Positions 33,298 to 42,421 of a stretch of DNA of 64,000 nucleotides are shown one piece after another (position 1 is the stretch's first letter; every line of letters starts with the position of its first letter). Origin of the DNA: Candidatus Melainabacteria bacterium SSGW_16. GTDB lineage: Bacteria > Cyanobacteriota > Vampirovibrionia > 2-02-FULL-35-15. The DNA is taken from contig DUDS01000010.1 of the NCBI GenBank assembly GCA_004769085.1, forward strand, positions 688 through 64,687, in the 5' to 3' direction. The notes below the pieces were generated by a model. That model was given only the letters and a program-made list of their open reading frames with translations. It was not told the origin of the DNA and did no database searches. A program made the position numbers and the translations under genes.

Positions 33298-34650
33298 GTG
33301 AAATCATCAAATGAAATCAATCAAAAAATGAACAAATCAGAAGTATACCCTGATACCATTGGAGTAACAAAAGATGGTGATTTAACTCTTGGAGGTATTA
33401 CTCTTTCCGAACTGGCAAAAAAATACGAAACACCTTTATACATAATTGATGAAAAAACATTCAGGAGAAAAGTACAGAATTATACCTCCTGTATTAAAGA
33501 AAATTATAATAACTATCTCATTTTATATGCTGCAAAAGCTTTTGCAGCAGCAGCAATCTTTAGAATAGCTGACAATACTGCTCTGGGGCTGGATATAGTA
33601 TCAGGAGGAGAGTTATACCTTGCAGAGAAATGCAATTTCCCAAAAAACAAAATTTACTTCCATGGAAATAATAAGTCAAAAGAAGAAATTGATTACGTCA
33701 TTAAAAACGATGCAGCAAAAATTATCTGTGATAATTTTCATGAGCTGGACCTAATACAAAAAAGTGCATCAGATCATAAAAAGAAGGTTGATATTTTGAT
33801 TAGACTAACCCCAGGTATTGAATGCCATACACATGATTATATTAAAACAGGTCACCTTGACAGCAAATTTGGTTTTGACATTGAATACCTTGATGAAATA
33901 TTAAAAATTATTAAACAACATGAAGACAAAATTTCATTAAAAGGATTCCATTCACATATAGGTTCACAAATATTTGAATTGAAACCTTATTCAGACAGTA
34001 TTGATATACTCCTTGATCAATATAAATATGCAAAAGAAAAATATGGTTTTATACTTGATGAAATTAATATAGGAGGAGGGCTTGGAATATCATATATTTC
34101 AAGCGATGATCCAGTAGATATTGAAGACTTGGCAAAAGCTGTAACAAGCAAATTAAAAGATAAATGTAACAAATTAAATCTAAAATTACCAAAATTAATT
34201 TGTGAGCCGGGAAGGAGTATTATTGGAACAAGCGGTATAACCATATACACTGCAGGAAGCATAAAACAAGTGCCTAATGGCAGAAAATATGTTTCTGTTG
34301 ATGGGGGGATGGCAGACAATCCAAGACCAATAACATATCAGGCAAAATATACAGCACTTGTAGCTAATAAAATGAATCAACCTGAAAAAGAAACAGTTAC
34401 AATAGCAGGACGATATTGCGAAACAGGAGATATCTTAATTCAGGATATCTCTCTTCCCAGAATATCCCCGGGAGATATTATCGCTATGTTTGGAACAGGT
34501 GCATATAATTACAGCATGTCATCAAATTACAATACGATTCCTAGACCTGCCTGTATCATCGTAAATGAAGGAGTAGCCGAAGTAATCATTGAAAGAGAAA
34601 ATTACAAAGACATAACATCAAAACACTTAATTCCAAAAAGATTATCTTAG
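33298..34650 (+). CDS. lysA: diaminopimelate decarboxylase
   Basis: YAAKA, HGNNKS, HDYIKTGHLDSKFG, HIGSQ, EPGRS, CETGD and GAY motifs. The start could be ATG 33328. Confidence 0.95.
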   Translation: MKSSNEINQKMNKSEVYPDTIGVTKDGDLTLGGITLSELAKKYETPLYIIDEKTFRRKVQNYTSCIKENYNNYLILYAAKAFAAAAIFRIADNTALGLDIVSGGELYLAEKCNFPKNKIYFHGNNKSKEEIDYVIKNDAAKIICDNFHELDLIQKSASDHKKKVDILIRLTPGIECHTHDYIKTGHLDSKFGFDIEYLDEILKIIKQHEDKISLKGFHSHIGSQIFELKPYSDSIDILLDQYKYAKEKYGFILDEINIGGGLGISYISSDDPVDIEDLAKAVTSKLKDKCNKLNLKLPKLICEPGRSIIGTSGITIYTAGSIKQVPNGRKYVSVDGGMADNPRPITYQAKYTALVANKMNQPEKETVTIAGRYCETGDILIQDISLPRISPGDIIAMFGTGAYNYSMSSNYNTIPRPACIIVNEGVAEVIIERENYKDITSKHLIPKRLS

Positions 34651-34652
34651 AG

Positions 34653-36467
34653 CTAAACTTTTCTAAGTTTTAAAACCTTTTCTTCATATTCATTAATTTG
34701 CCTGGACATTTCACCATCAGAAAGCTGAAGTTGGTCTTTTAATATTTCTGAAACTCTTGGAATAGAATCCTGCCCTAATCCTTCTCTTAATCCAAGTGTT
34801 GTTCTTCTAAGCAAAACATCACTGACTGTATATGCCATCTCATTACTTACAGAATGCAAAACCTGGGCTGCAATATCTTCTGCATTATGACTCAATTTTT
34901 CTACTAGCGTTGGATCTTTTTTAGTCAAATCAAGGATTTGTTTATAATTACAACCATACAGCCCAATTAAATGAGGTACTGAATCACTGGCTTTGCCATA
35001 AGTACTCTTTGCAATTTTTACCTGGGAATCCCTGTACTCATTAATGTCTCCTTCTACTTTTCCCATAAGAGGTACATGATTTGTTCTTCCTCTCACAAAA
35101 TTACAGCCAAGCCTCCTATAAGCAAAATCAACAAGCTCTTCAGAAAGACTTCTATAAGTTGTTAGCTTTCCACCAATAACAGACAATAAATTATTAATTC
35201 CATCTTGTTTATGATCATGAATTAAATGCCTTCGAGTAATAGAAGCAGGATTTTTCCTCTTATCAGCAACAAATGGAAGGGGTCTTACACCGGTATATGA
35301 AAATAAAATATCACCATGGCTGATTTGCCTGGGATTAATTATATGATTTGTTTCACTTAAAAGATAGTTAATTTCTTTCTCAGATATTTTCAAGAAATCA
35401 ATGTCTCCATTTACAGGTATATCAGTAGTACCAATGAGATAATAATTCTGCCAAGGAATAATAAAAAATGGTCTTTTATCAGATCGTGCACTGGCATATA
35501 CTGCATTTCTAGGTCCATTTTCAAATTTTTTAATTATTATATGACTGCCGACCGTTCCACCAATAAGCTTTTTATAACTCCTGTTAGTTAAGCTACAAAG
35601 CTCATCTACCCATGGACCTGAAACATTTATGATTAACTTACCCTTGGCTTTATGTGTTTTCCCCGATAATCTGTCAACAAACTCAACATGTGAAACTTTA
35701 TCACCGTTTAATGAAATATCTGTAACCTCTGCATGGTTTAAAACAACTGCTCCATAATCTTTTGCCATTAATGCATTCTCTAAACATAATCTTTCAGGAT
35801 ACGTTACCTGTGCATCATAATAAACAGCAGCTCCCCTTAAACCCTCTGAGTTAACACCAGGCTCCAGTTTCATAAATTCGTCAGGAGACATCATCCTATG
35901 CCTGGGAAGAGATTTATCAAAAGATAAAATATCATATAAAATCATTCCAATCTTTACAATGAATGGACCCCTTTTATCACCTTTATATATTGGAATCGAC
36001 ATCTGAATAGGGCTGACAAGATGATTTGCATTTTGTAACAGTATTTCTCTTTCTCTAAGAGACTCTCTAACAAGATCTAATTCAAAATATTCAAGATACC
36101 TAAGTCCACCATGTATAAGTCTGGATGGCACGCCTGAACAACCTGCTCCAAAATCTTCTCTCTCAAGTAAAAGTACATTCAACCCTCGTTCACTAGCATC
36201 CCGAGCTATACCACAGCCATTTATCCCCCCTCCAATAATTATGAGGTCAAATTCTTCCAGTAATCTTTTTTCATCAATTCTATTAATCATAAGCGAAAAA
36301 ACAGGAGCAGACTTTCTATCAGTTATAACAAACGGTAATCCTGCCGCACCACCAGAAGTAGTTTCTCCATAAGGTGCAATCCCTGAATTAACTGCACAAG
36401 CTCGTGAAACACTCCTAGACTGAAGAAGAGGAGAGAAGGAATGTGTTCCTGGTGCTATAACACGCAT
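34653..36467 (-). CDS. glpD: FAD-dependent glycerol-3-phosphate dehydrogenase/oxidase
   Basis: IIGGGING, SRLIHGGLRYLE, LIGTTD, GVRPL and GGKLTTYR motifs. Start uncertain (36467 or 36290). Confidence 0.92.
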   Translation of the reverse strand: MRVIAPGTHSFSPLLQSRSVSRACAVNSGIAPYGETTSGGAAGLPFVITDRKSAPVFSLMINRIDEKRLLEEFDLIIIGGGINGCGIARDASERGLNVLLLEREDFGAGCSGVPSRLIHGGLRYLEYFELDLVRESLREREILLQNANHLVSPIQMSIPIYKGDKRGPFIVKIGMILYDILSFDKSLPRHRMMSPDEFMKLEPGVNSEGLRGAAVYYDAQVTYPERLCLENALMAKDYGAVVLNHAEVTDISLNGDKVSHVEFVDRLSGKTHKAKGKLIINVSGPWVDELCSLTNRSYKKLIGGTVGSHIIIKKFENGPRNAVYASARSDKRPFFIIPWQNYYLIGTTDIPVNGDIDFLKISEKEINYLLSETNHIINPRQISHGDILFSYTGVRPLPFVADKRKNPASITRRHLIHDHKQDGINNLLSVIGGKLTTYRSLSEELVDFAYRRLGCNFVRGRTNHVPLMGKVEGDINEYRDSQVKIAKSTYGKASDSVPHLIGLYGCNYKQILDLTKKDPTLVEKLSHNAEDIAAQVLHSVSNEMAYTVSDVLLRRTTLGLREGLGQDSIPRVSEILKDQLQLSDGEMSRQINEYEEKVLKLRKV

Positions 36468-36633
36468 AATAATGATATAAAAACTTGTAATCAATAATAT
36501 CAAAGCAAGATTGATACTAAAAGGGTGATTACCAAATTAAGGACTCAATAATTACAGCAAGATTCACAATTCTAGAAATTAGTTGGTCAAATCGTTAAAA
36601 TACTAACCATATTTATTTTCAGGGAGAATTAAT

Positions 36634-37869
36634 TTGCAAGAGAATAACTATATTGGAATTTTTGGAATTATAGCAATTTTATTAATTTCATATTTATTTT
36701 CAAATAACAAAAAACTGATCAACTTAAGGCTTGTAGTAACGGGGCTTTTATTACAGTTTCTAACCGGGGTTTTTATACTGAAGGTGCCAGCAGGAAAAAG
36801 ACTTGTTGAAATTATAGCAAAGGGAGTAACAGCAATACTTGAAGTTTCAAAGGAAGGAGGAAAATTTGTTTTTGGATGCCTTGCAGATGACAAGTTCCTG
36901 GCAAACAGTACAAACTCTACTTTAAACATAATTTTTGCAGTTCAGGTTATACCCACAATTATTTTTGTATGTGCGCTTGTTTCCATTTTTTATTACTTTG
37001 GAATTTTACAGGCAATAGTCAAAGTATTTGCATGGACTTTTAATAAGTTAATGGGTGTAAGCGGTGCCGAAGCCCTTGCAAATTCATTGGTAATTTTTGT
37101 AGGACAGGTAGAATCAGCAATAGTAATACAACCATATCTGTCAAAGCTTACAAAATCTGAGATTCTAACAATTATGACAGGTGGTATGGCATGCATATCA
37201 GGTTCATTAATGGCAATATATAGCGGGCTGGGAGTTAAAACAGAATATCTTCTTGCTGCTAGTTTTATGGCAGCTCCTGGCAGTTTTTTAATTTCAAAAA
37301 TATTTTACCCTGAAGACAGCAAACCAGCTACAAGGGACACAATAAAAATAGAATACAAAGCAAGGGAAAAAAATCTTGTAGAAGCAATTCTAGACGGAGC
37401 ATTCAGTGGAGCAAAAATTAGCATAGGTATAATAGCTATGCTTTTAGCGTTTATAAGTCTAGTTGCACTTATAGATAAAATGTTATTTATAATGAATGAT
37501 AAATTAAGCCTTAAGGTAATTCTTGGATATCTGTTTACACCACTCATTTATCTACTTGGCGTGCCTAAAGACGAAGTAGGAATTGTTGCGTCTTTATTCG
37601 GGACAAAAATTTCGCTTAATGAATTCATTGCATATCTCGATCTGGCAAAGTACCTGAAAGTTCATACCCTGAGTGAAAAAGGACTAGGTATTGCAACATT
37701 TATAATTTGTGGGTTTGCAAATTTCAGCAGTATAGCAATTCAGGTCGGTGGGCTGTCACAAATGGCACCGGAAAGAAAAAGTGATCTTGCTAGTCTTGGT
37801 TTTAAAGCAATGGTCTGTGGTGCATTGGTTTCATGTTTATCAGGATGCATAGTAGGATTACTGATTTAA
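36634..37869 (+). CDS. nupC: concentrative nucleoside transporter (NupC/CNT family)
   Basis: FVFG, VIPTIIF, IFVGQVES, MAAPG, LNEFIAY and CGFANFSSIAIQVGG motifs. Confidence 0.94.
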   Translation: MQENNYIGIFGIIAILLISYLFSNNKKLINLRLVVTGLLLQFLTGVFILKVPAGKRLVEIIAKGVTAILEVSKEGGKFVFGCLADDKFLANSTNSTLNIIFAVQVIPTIIFVCALVSIFYYFGILQAIVKVFAWTFNKLMGVSGAEALANSLVIFVGQVESAIVIQPYLSKLTKSEILTIMTGGMACISGSLMAIYSGLGVKTEYLLAASFMAAPGSFLISKIFYPEDSKPATRDTIKIEYKAREKNLVEAILDGAFSGAKISIGIIAMLLAFISLVALIDKMLFIMNDKLSLKVILGYLFTPLIYLLGVPKDEVGIVASLFGTKISLNEFIAYLDLAKYLKVHTLSEKGLGIATFIICGFANFSSIAIQVGGLSQMAPERKSDLASLGFKAMVCGALVSCLSGCIVGLLI

Positions 37870-40244
37870 TTAGCTGAACTCTTTACATTAATTATCAAAT
37901 CAATTTCTTTATGTGTGGTGAGCCCGTATATTCTAGGCTCAAGTTCTTTGTATAGCTTTGGATTCCTTGGCTTTATGACTTTTTCAACATAATCCAAAAA
38001 CTCCATTGGTTCCTTATCTTCTCCCATATAAACCAGAATCTTTTTATCAGGATCGATTTTTGAATACCCACAATAAGCTGTTTCTCCACCAGTTGCATGT
38101 CTTTGCCTGGACTGATAATTAGAACCGTTAAGTTTTTTAAGCCCTTCACGTGCTCTTAAGTCGACTTCTTTTTCAGTCATAAGTTTAGCTTCTTTTTCTG
38201 AGACATCAGCAGCATCTAGCCCAGAAAGATATGGGATCTCGTCAGCTTGTGTAATTGGGAAATAATTAAAATTATCATTAAATACTTTTCTATCAAAAAG
38301 TATCATAAATGTAAGCACAGCACCTTTTTCTGTAAAACAAGTTTGAACTTTGTCATCTTTACCTTTATACAGTCTCAATGTGTCAGCATATTCTTTAATA
38401 TCATCAGTTGTCCACTTAGGAAAGCCATCTATGCAAGTAAAATCTCCACATCGTAAGTACTCTACATAATCACATATTTTATATGCTTTATAAAGTGGAT
38501 GCTTGACACCAATAATATCTCTTACCTGCTTTAAGATTTCCTCGCCTTTTTCTTTTCCATAGTAAGAACAAACTGTTTCATAAATATCTTTAGGAACACC
38601 TTCTTTCTTACCTTCCAAAATATCTAACGTATATTCATCATTATCATGTCCTTTTACAGCCTTTTCAGCAAGATGACTTCTAGCTATATGCCCTATATCA
38701 TGAAGAAGTCCAGCCAGTTTAAAAGAATCCTCATGTTCAAGCAAAAGCTTTCTTAGTTCTGGATTAATAATGTTTTTTAAAAGACTGTTGTAAATCAAAA
38801 TATCAACCCCACATACTCTTTTCATATGGGAGTGTCTTTCCAAATATGGTCTGCCGTTTATTGGTGGATTATATGGAGTAGATAAACCTACCTGTGTTTT
38901 ACCTCTAGCTGCTTCAAAGGTTTTTGAGTGAATTAACTTATCAAGAATATCTCTTTGTTTATTACTACCATCATAAATGATGTCATCAAACTTATCTCTT
39001 AGATGGGGTGCAGGTCTGTTTTTTTCCAGATTCTCTATGTGTCTGAAAACCACTTCTGCTCGTTTTTGTACATCTAAATTTAGCTCTATTGTTTCTTTAT
39101 GTGTGGGTCCAAACAAATCTGGCTTGAAAAATTTTAAAAAAGACTGTGATTTAAAGGCTAAAAATGCTAGCCCTGCACCAAAAGCCCTTACTGACATTGC
39201 CATGTTATATATAAGTCCGCCTTCACTATCAAGCCCTAGTCCCTTCATAGCAAGCAATAGATTATTTACAGCTAAAAATGGAGTAGAGAGTTTTTTAAGA
39301 TTTCCTTCAGCCTTTACACAATAAGTTTCACTTGGTCTCTTTGCAATTTTTCCTAATCTTTCTAGCTGAACATCCCCATCTCTATAAAATGCAAAGAGAT
39401 TTAATGCAGAAAATAAACTATATGGTAGATAGAAAAAAGACTGCATACCTTCAGAAAGTTTATTTTTAAACAAGCTGCCAATTCCAAGCATTCCGCCTGC
39501 AGCAATTAGTCCACCACCTGCTGCCTGAAATGCTGAATAAGGTTCTTCTTTCTTAAACCTTTCCCAATTTTTAGGAGAAATGGTTTTTTTAAAAAAAGTA
39601 AGTATAGATTGTTCAATAGGCATTAAAAATCTGAATTTTGACAATGAATCAGAATTAAATATTGAATTCTTTACAGCATATATATTACGTTTATCTCGAT
39701 AACGCACCCTCCCCATGCCTATTGAAGAAAGTCCTTCTGATATTGAAAAGCCAGCAAGTCCCCAAAGATTGTTTAGATTCCTGCTAAATATTCCCATACC
39801 AATGTTTCCTAGTGACCATTCAGGACTTTCATGTGCTGCACCAGTTAAAGCTCCTGCAACAGCAGATGCTGAATAAGCATTTCCAAGGCTCTTATAGGAA
39901 TCATCCACATCACGGTTAAAGATTGAATTATAAAATAATTTTGCACCTGAGTAAAAAAGTCCAAGAGCAGCAACAGCATTCAAAGCAACTGCACCGCCTG
40001 TTGCTCCCATCTTTCCATAGCGCAGAAGCTTCAAAGTAGACTCCGGTACCTTTTGATGGCTTACAACTTCAATACCCTCATCCTTAAAAGAACTAAGATC
40101 CTTATACTCAGGCATACCTTTTTCTCTCAATACTTTGGTATCAAGCGTATTATAAGGATGATCCCAGCTTCTAAAATCTAGACAGTTTTGTAAAAGTGGT
40201 ACCCGTTGACTTACAGCAGGTTTTTCTTTTGTGACTACAACCAT
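37866..40244 (-). CDS. membrane-associated HD-domain phosphohydrolase (N-terminal hydrophobic region + dNTP-triphosphohydrolase-like HD domain)
   Basis: Several Gly/Ala-rich hydrophobic segments in the first ~375 aa, then RHSH..., LLHDIGH..SH..E, H and DYVEYL. Confidence 0.78.
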   Translation of the reverse strand: MVVVTKEKPAVSQRVPLLQNCLDFRSWDHPYNTLDTKVLREKGMPEYKDLSSFKDEGIEVVSHQKVPESTLKLLRYGKMGATGGAVALNAVAALGLFYSGAKLFYNSIFNRDVDDSYKSLGNAYSASAVAGALTGAAHESPEWSLGNIGMGIFSRNLNNLWGLAGFSISEGLSSIGMGRVRYRDKRNIYAVKNSIFNSDSLSKFRFLMPIEQSILTFFKKTISPKNWERFKKEEPYSAFQAAGGGLIAAGGMLGIGSLFKNKLSEGMQSFFYLPYSLFSALNLFAFYRDGDVQLERLGKIAKRPSETYCVKAEGNLKKLSTPFLAVNNLLLAMKGLGLDSEGGLIYNMAMSVRAFGAGLAFLAFKSQSFLKFFKPDLFGPTHKETIELNLDVQKRAEVVFRHIENLEKNRPAPHLRDKFDDIIYDGSNKQRDILDKLIHSKTFEAARGKTQVGLSTPYNPPINGRPYLERHSHMKRVCGVDILIYNSLLKNIINPELRKLLLEHEDSFKLAGLLHDIGHIARSHLAEKAVKGHDNDEYTLDILEGKKEGVPKDIYETVCSYYGKEKGEEILKQVRDIIGVKHPLYKAYKICDYVEYLRCGDFTCIDGFPKWTTDDIKEYADTLRLYKGKDDKVQTCFTEKGAVLTFMILFDRKVFNDNFNYFPITQADEIPYLSGLDAADVSEKEAKLMTEKEVDLRAREGLKKLNGSNYQSRQRHATGGETAYCGYSKIDPDKKILVYMGEDKEPMEFLDYVEKVIKPRNPKLYKELEPRIYGLTTHKEIDLIINVKSSAN

Positions 40245-40564
40245 TATATTCTTAAATAAACACAATAGCTACTACGACACACGGTTGAAACCCACTCACC
40301 ATGCGCCTTATAGGGATTTAATTAGACTGAAGCTATTCGAGTATTAACTTCATCATCACATAAAATAATCTCAATGTAAATAGAATGAAATTAACCATAT
40401 GATATTTAGTTACATAAATGAAAACAAAACAAAACAATTACTTACAAGATACTCTTAAATTACATTGCACATACAAAGCATTACTTTGTATAATTAGCTC
40501 CATGATGATGCCTTGTATTAATTACAATTTTATTACTTTGAAATTACAATTCTTTTTACAAAAT

Positions 40565-40636
40565 GCCTCTGTAGCTCAATGGATAGAGCGGTACTCTCCG
40601 AAGGTACACATGCAGGTTCGATTCCTGCCAGGGGCA
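40565..40636 (+). tRNA. tRNA-Arg(CCG)
   Basis: GCCTCTG/CAGGGGC acceptor stem, anticodon arm GTACT-CTCCGAA-GGTAC, T-arm GCAGGTTCGATTCCTGC. Confidence 0.93.
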
Positions 40637-40768
40637 AATCCATTTTTTTATACCGCTCGTTTCGCGCGAACGCTCAACTCGCTTTTAGAGCTACGTTGCT
40701 CAGAATATTCCTTACCGAAATATCCTTCGCTTAGATTATCCATTAAATAATGGAAAATCTTTCCTAAC

Positions 40769-40908
40769 TAAAAGGGCTTACAAAAGCGAAACCCATACCC
40801 TCCCGCCAGAGGCGGGTCCGTCCTTTGGCGGAAAGCGGAGCGTTGGAGGCGCCAAGCCCACCAAGCGAAGCATGGGTATGAGTGAGCATAAAAATGTAAG
40901 CCCTTTTA
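40769..40908. mobile_element. MITE-like element with perfect terminal inverted repeats
   Basis: TAAAAGGGCTTACA ... TGTAAGCCCTTTTA (14 bp perfect IR including terminal TA), with a GC-rich palindromic interior and no transposase ORF. Confidence 0.65.
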
Positions 40909-41006
40909 TCTTTTTTGTGATAGATAATTAAACATTTATAAATAGTGGGGTTCTAATTAAACCAAATAGTTATAATAAAAAAATATTAAAGACCCGCAAA
41001 GCAATT

Positions 41007-41507
41007 ATGAGCACAACCAGAACAATAACACCAAACAGATCAACCTTTCCAATAGCTGATTTTAGAAGACTCTCAGAGGATTCAGTAAAATATCCAAATA
41101 ATATAAACCTGTGGGAAAGAACTATTGATACAGGCTCACCTATCAGAGATTTAACAAACTTAAGAGAGTGGGAAATACATCCAACATTTGCAGTAAATAG
41201 AAAATTTCCCGGCACATATTCAATAGGGATTAAACCAACAGATAAAGTAATCTATGAAGAAAGCAGCTTATTGGTTATTTCCGACGAGCCTGATTCTAGA
41301 GACAGAAACAGAAGTATAAGATTTTATGACACAGCTTCAAATACACCATTTCTAACAGTGTCCATAAACGATGATTTTCAGATAATTGGTGAATTTTATA
41401 ATTTCAATGAAGCCGTATGTAAAAATAAAGCAGCAGAATTACTTCGTACACATATCAGCAATGATTTTATATCTGATGTTTTTCTTACTCTAGATCTGCC
41501 TATCTAA
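41007..41507 (+). CDS. hypothetical protein (166 aa)
   Basis: ATG-started ORF; no motif recognised. Confidence 0.65.
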   Translation: MSTTRTITPNRSTFPIADFRRLSEDSVKYPNNINLWERTIDTGSPIRDLTNLREWEIHPTFAVNRKFPGTYSIGIKPTDKVIYEESSLLVISDEPDSRDRNRSIRFYDTASNTPFLTVSINDDFQIIGEFYNFNEAVCKNKAAELLRTHISNDFISDVFLTLDLPI

Positions 41508-42408
41508 ATCTTTCCTTTAGCTCTTCGGCTCTTTTAGTAGAAATGCCTAATTTATGGTCTACAACAGGGGTTGATAAAGTATCTTTCTCGGTTTCTTCGT
41601 AGCAAGAGCGCTCGCATTGGTAAAATATTCCTGTAGCTATTCTTCCTGTACCATATGTATCTTTCATAGCAATGGCAAAAGCTGCTTCCAAATTACTACT
41701 ATCATGTCCTTCAGCATTCATATCATAAATACCTTCTTTATAAAATTGATTAGTGTTTACTTTGTTAAAAGTTACGCATGGAGAAAAAGTATCAACCAGT
41801 GCAAAACCTTTATGCATAATAGCTTTTTTATAAATCTCTACTGTTTGCTTAGGATTACCAGAAGATGCACGTGCTACAAAACTTGCTCCGGAACCCAGAG
41901 CTAAAGTAATAGGATTTAGTGGAGCTTCTGGATTACCAAATGGGGTAGATTTTGTTTTCATACCAAAACCACTTGTAGGAGAAGTTTGACCTGTGGTAAG
42001 TCCATAAATAGAGTTATTCATTACTATATAGGTCATATCCATATTGCGCCTTAATGCATGTATAAGGTGTCCTACACCAATACCATAACCATCACCATCT
42101 CCACCCACTCCAACTACAGTCATATCATGGTGAACAAGTTTAAAACCCTGAGCATTAGGTAGTGATCTTCCATGCAATGTATGCATGCCATAAGTATTAA
42201 TAAAGCCAGGCAAATTAGATGAGCAACCAATTCCTGCTATTACTGCTATTTCATGCTGCGGTATACCCAGTTCAGCAAAAGCACGTTGCAGGCAACTAAG
42301 TACACCAAAATCTCCACATCCCGGACACCAGTCCGGGTGCACATCACCTTTAAAATCCTTAGGATCTATTGCTGGTCTGGCTTTTCTATCTAATACGTTC
42401 ATTGTCAT
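41500..42408 (-). CDS. korB: 2-oxoacid:ferredoxin oxidoreductase subunit beta
   Basis: WCPGCGDF, GIGCSS, HTLHGR, GGDGDG..NN..YGLTTGQTSPT and SPCVTFN motifs. Substrate not determinable. Confidence 0.92.
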   Translation of the reverse strand: MTMNVLDRKARPAIDPKDFKGDVHPDWCPGCGDFGVLSCLQRAFAELGIPQHEIAVIAGIGCSSNLPGFINTYGMHTLHGRSLPNAQGFKLVHHDMTVVGVGGDGDGYGIGVGHLIHALRRNMDMTYIVMNNSIYGLTTGQTSPTSGFGMKTKSTPFGNPEAPLNPITLALGSGASFVARASSGNPKQTVEIYKKAIMHKGFALVDTFSPCVTFNKVNTNQFYKEGIYDMNAEGHDSSNLEAAFAIAMKDTYGTGRIATGIFYQCERSCYEETEKDTLSTPVVDHKLGISTKRAEELKERFR

Positions 42409-42421
42409 TGTTTTTTCCTTT

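Noticed and set aside
40270..40315. Purine riboswitch (- strand TATAA..ATGG..GTTTCAACC..TCGTA looks similar linearly)
   Set aside because: The P2 and P3 stems cannot pair in the required register.
40418..40750. 110-aa ORF from the track
   Set aside because: It overlaps tRNA-Arg and palindromic repeats, so it is likely spurious.
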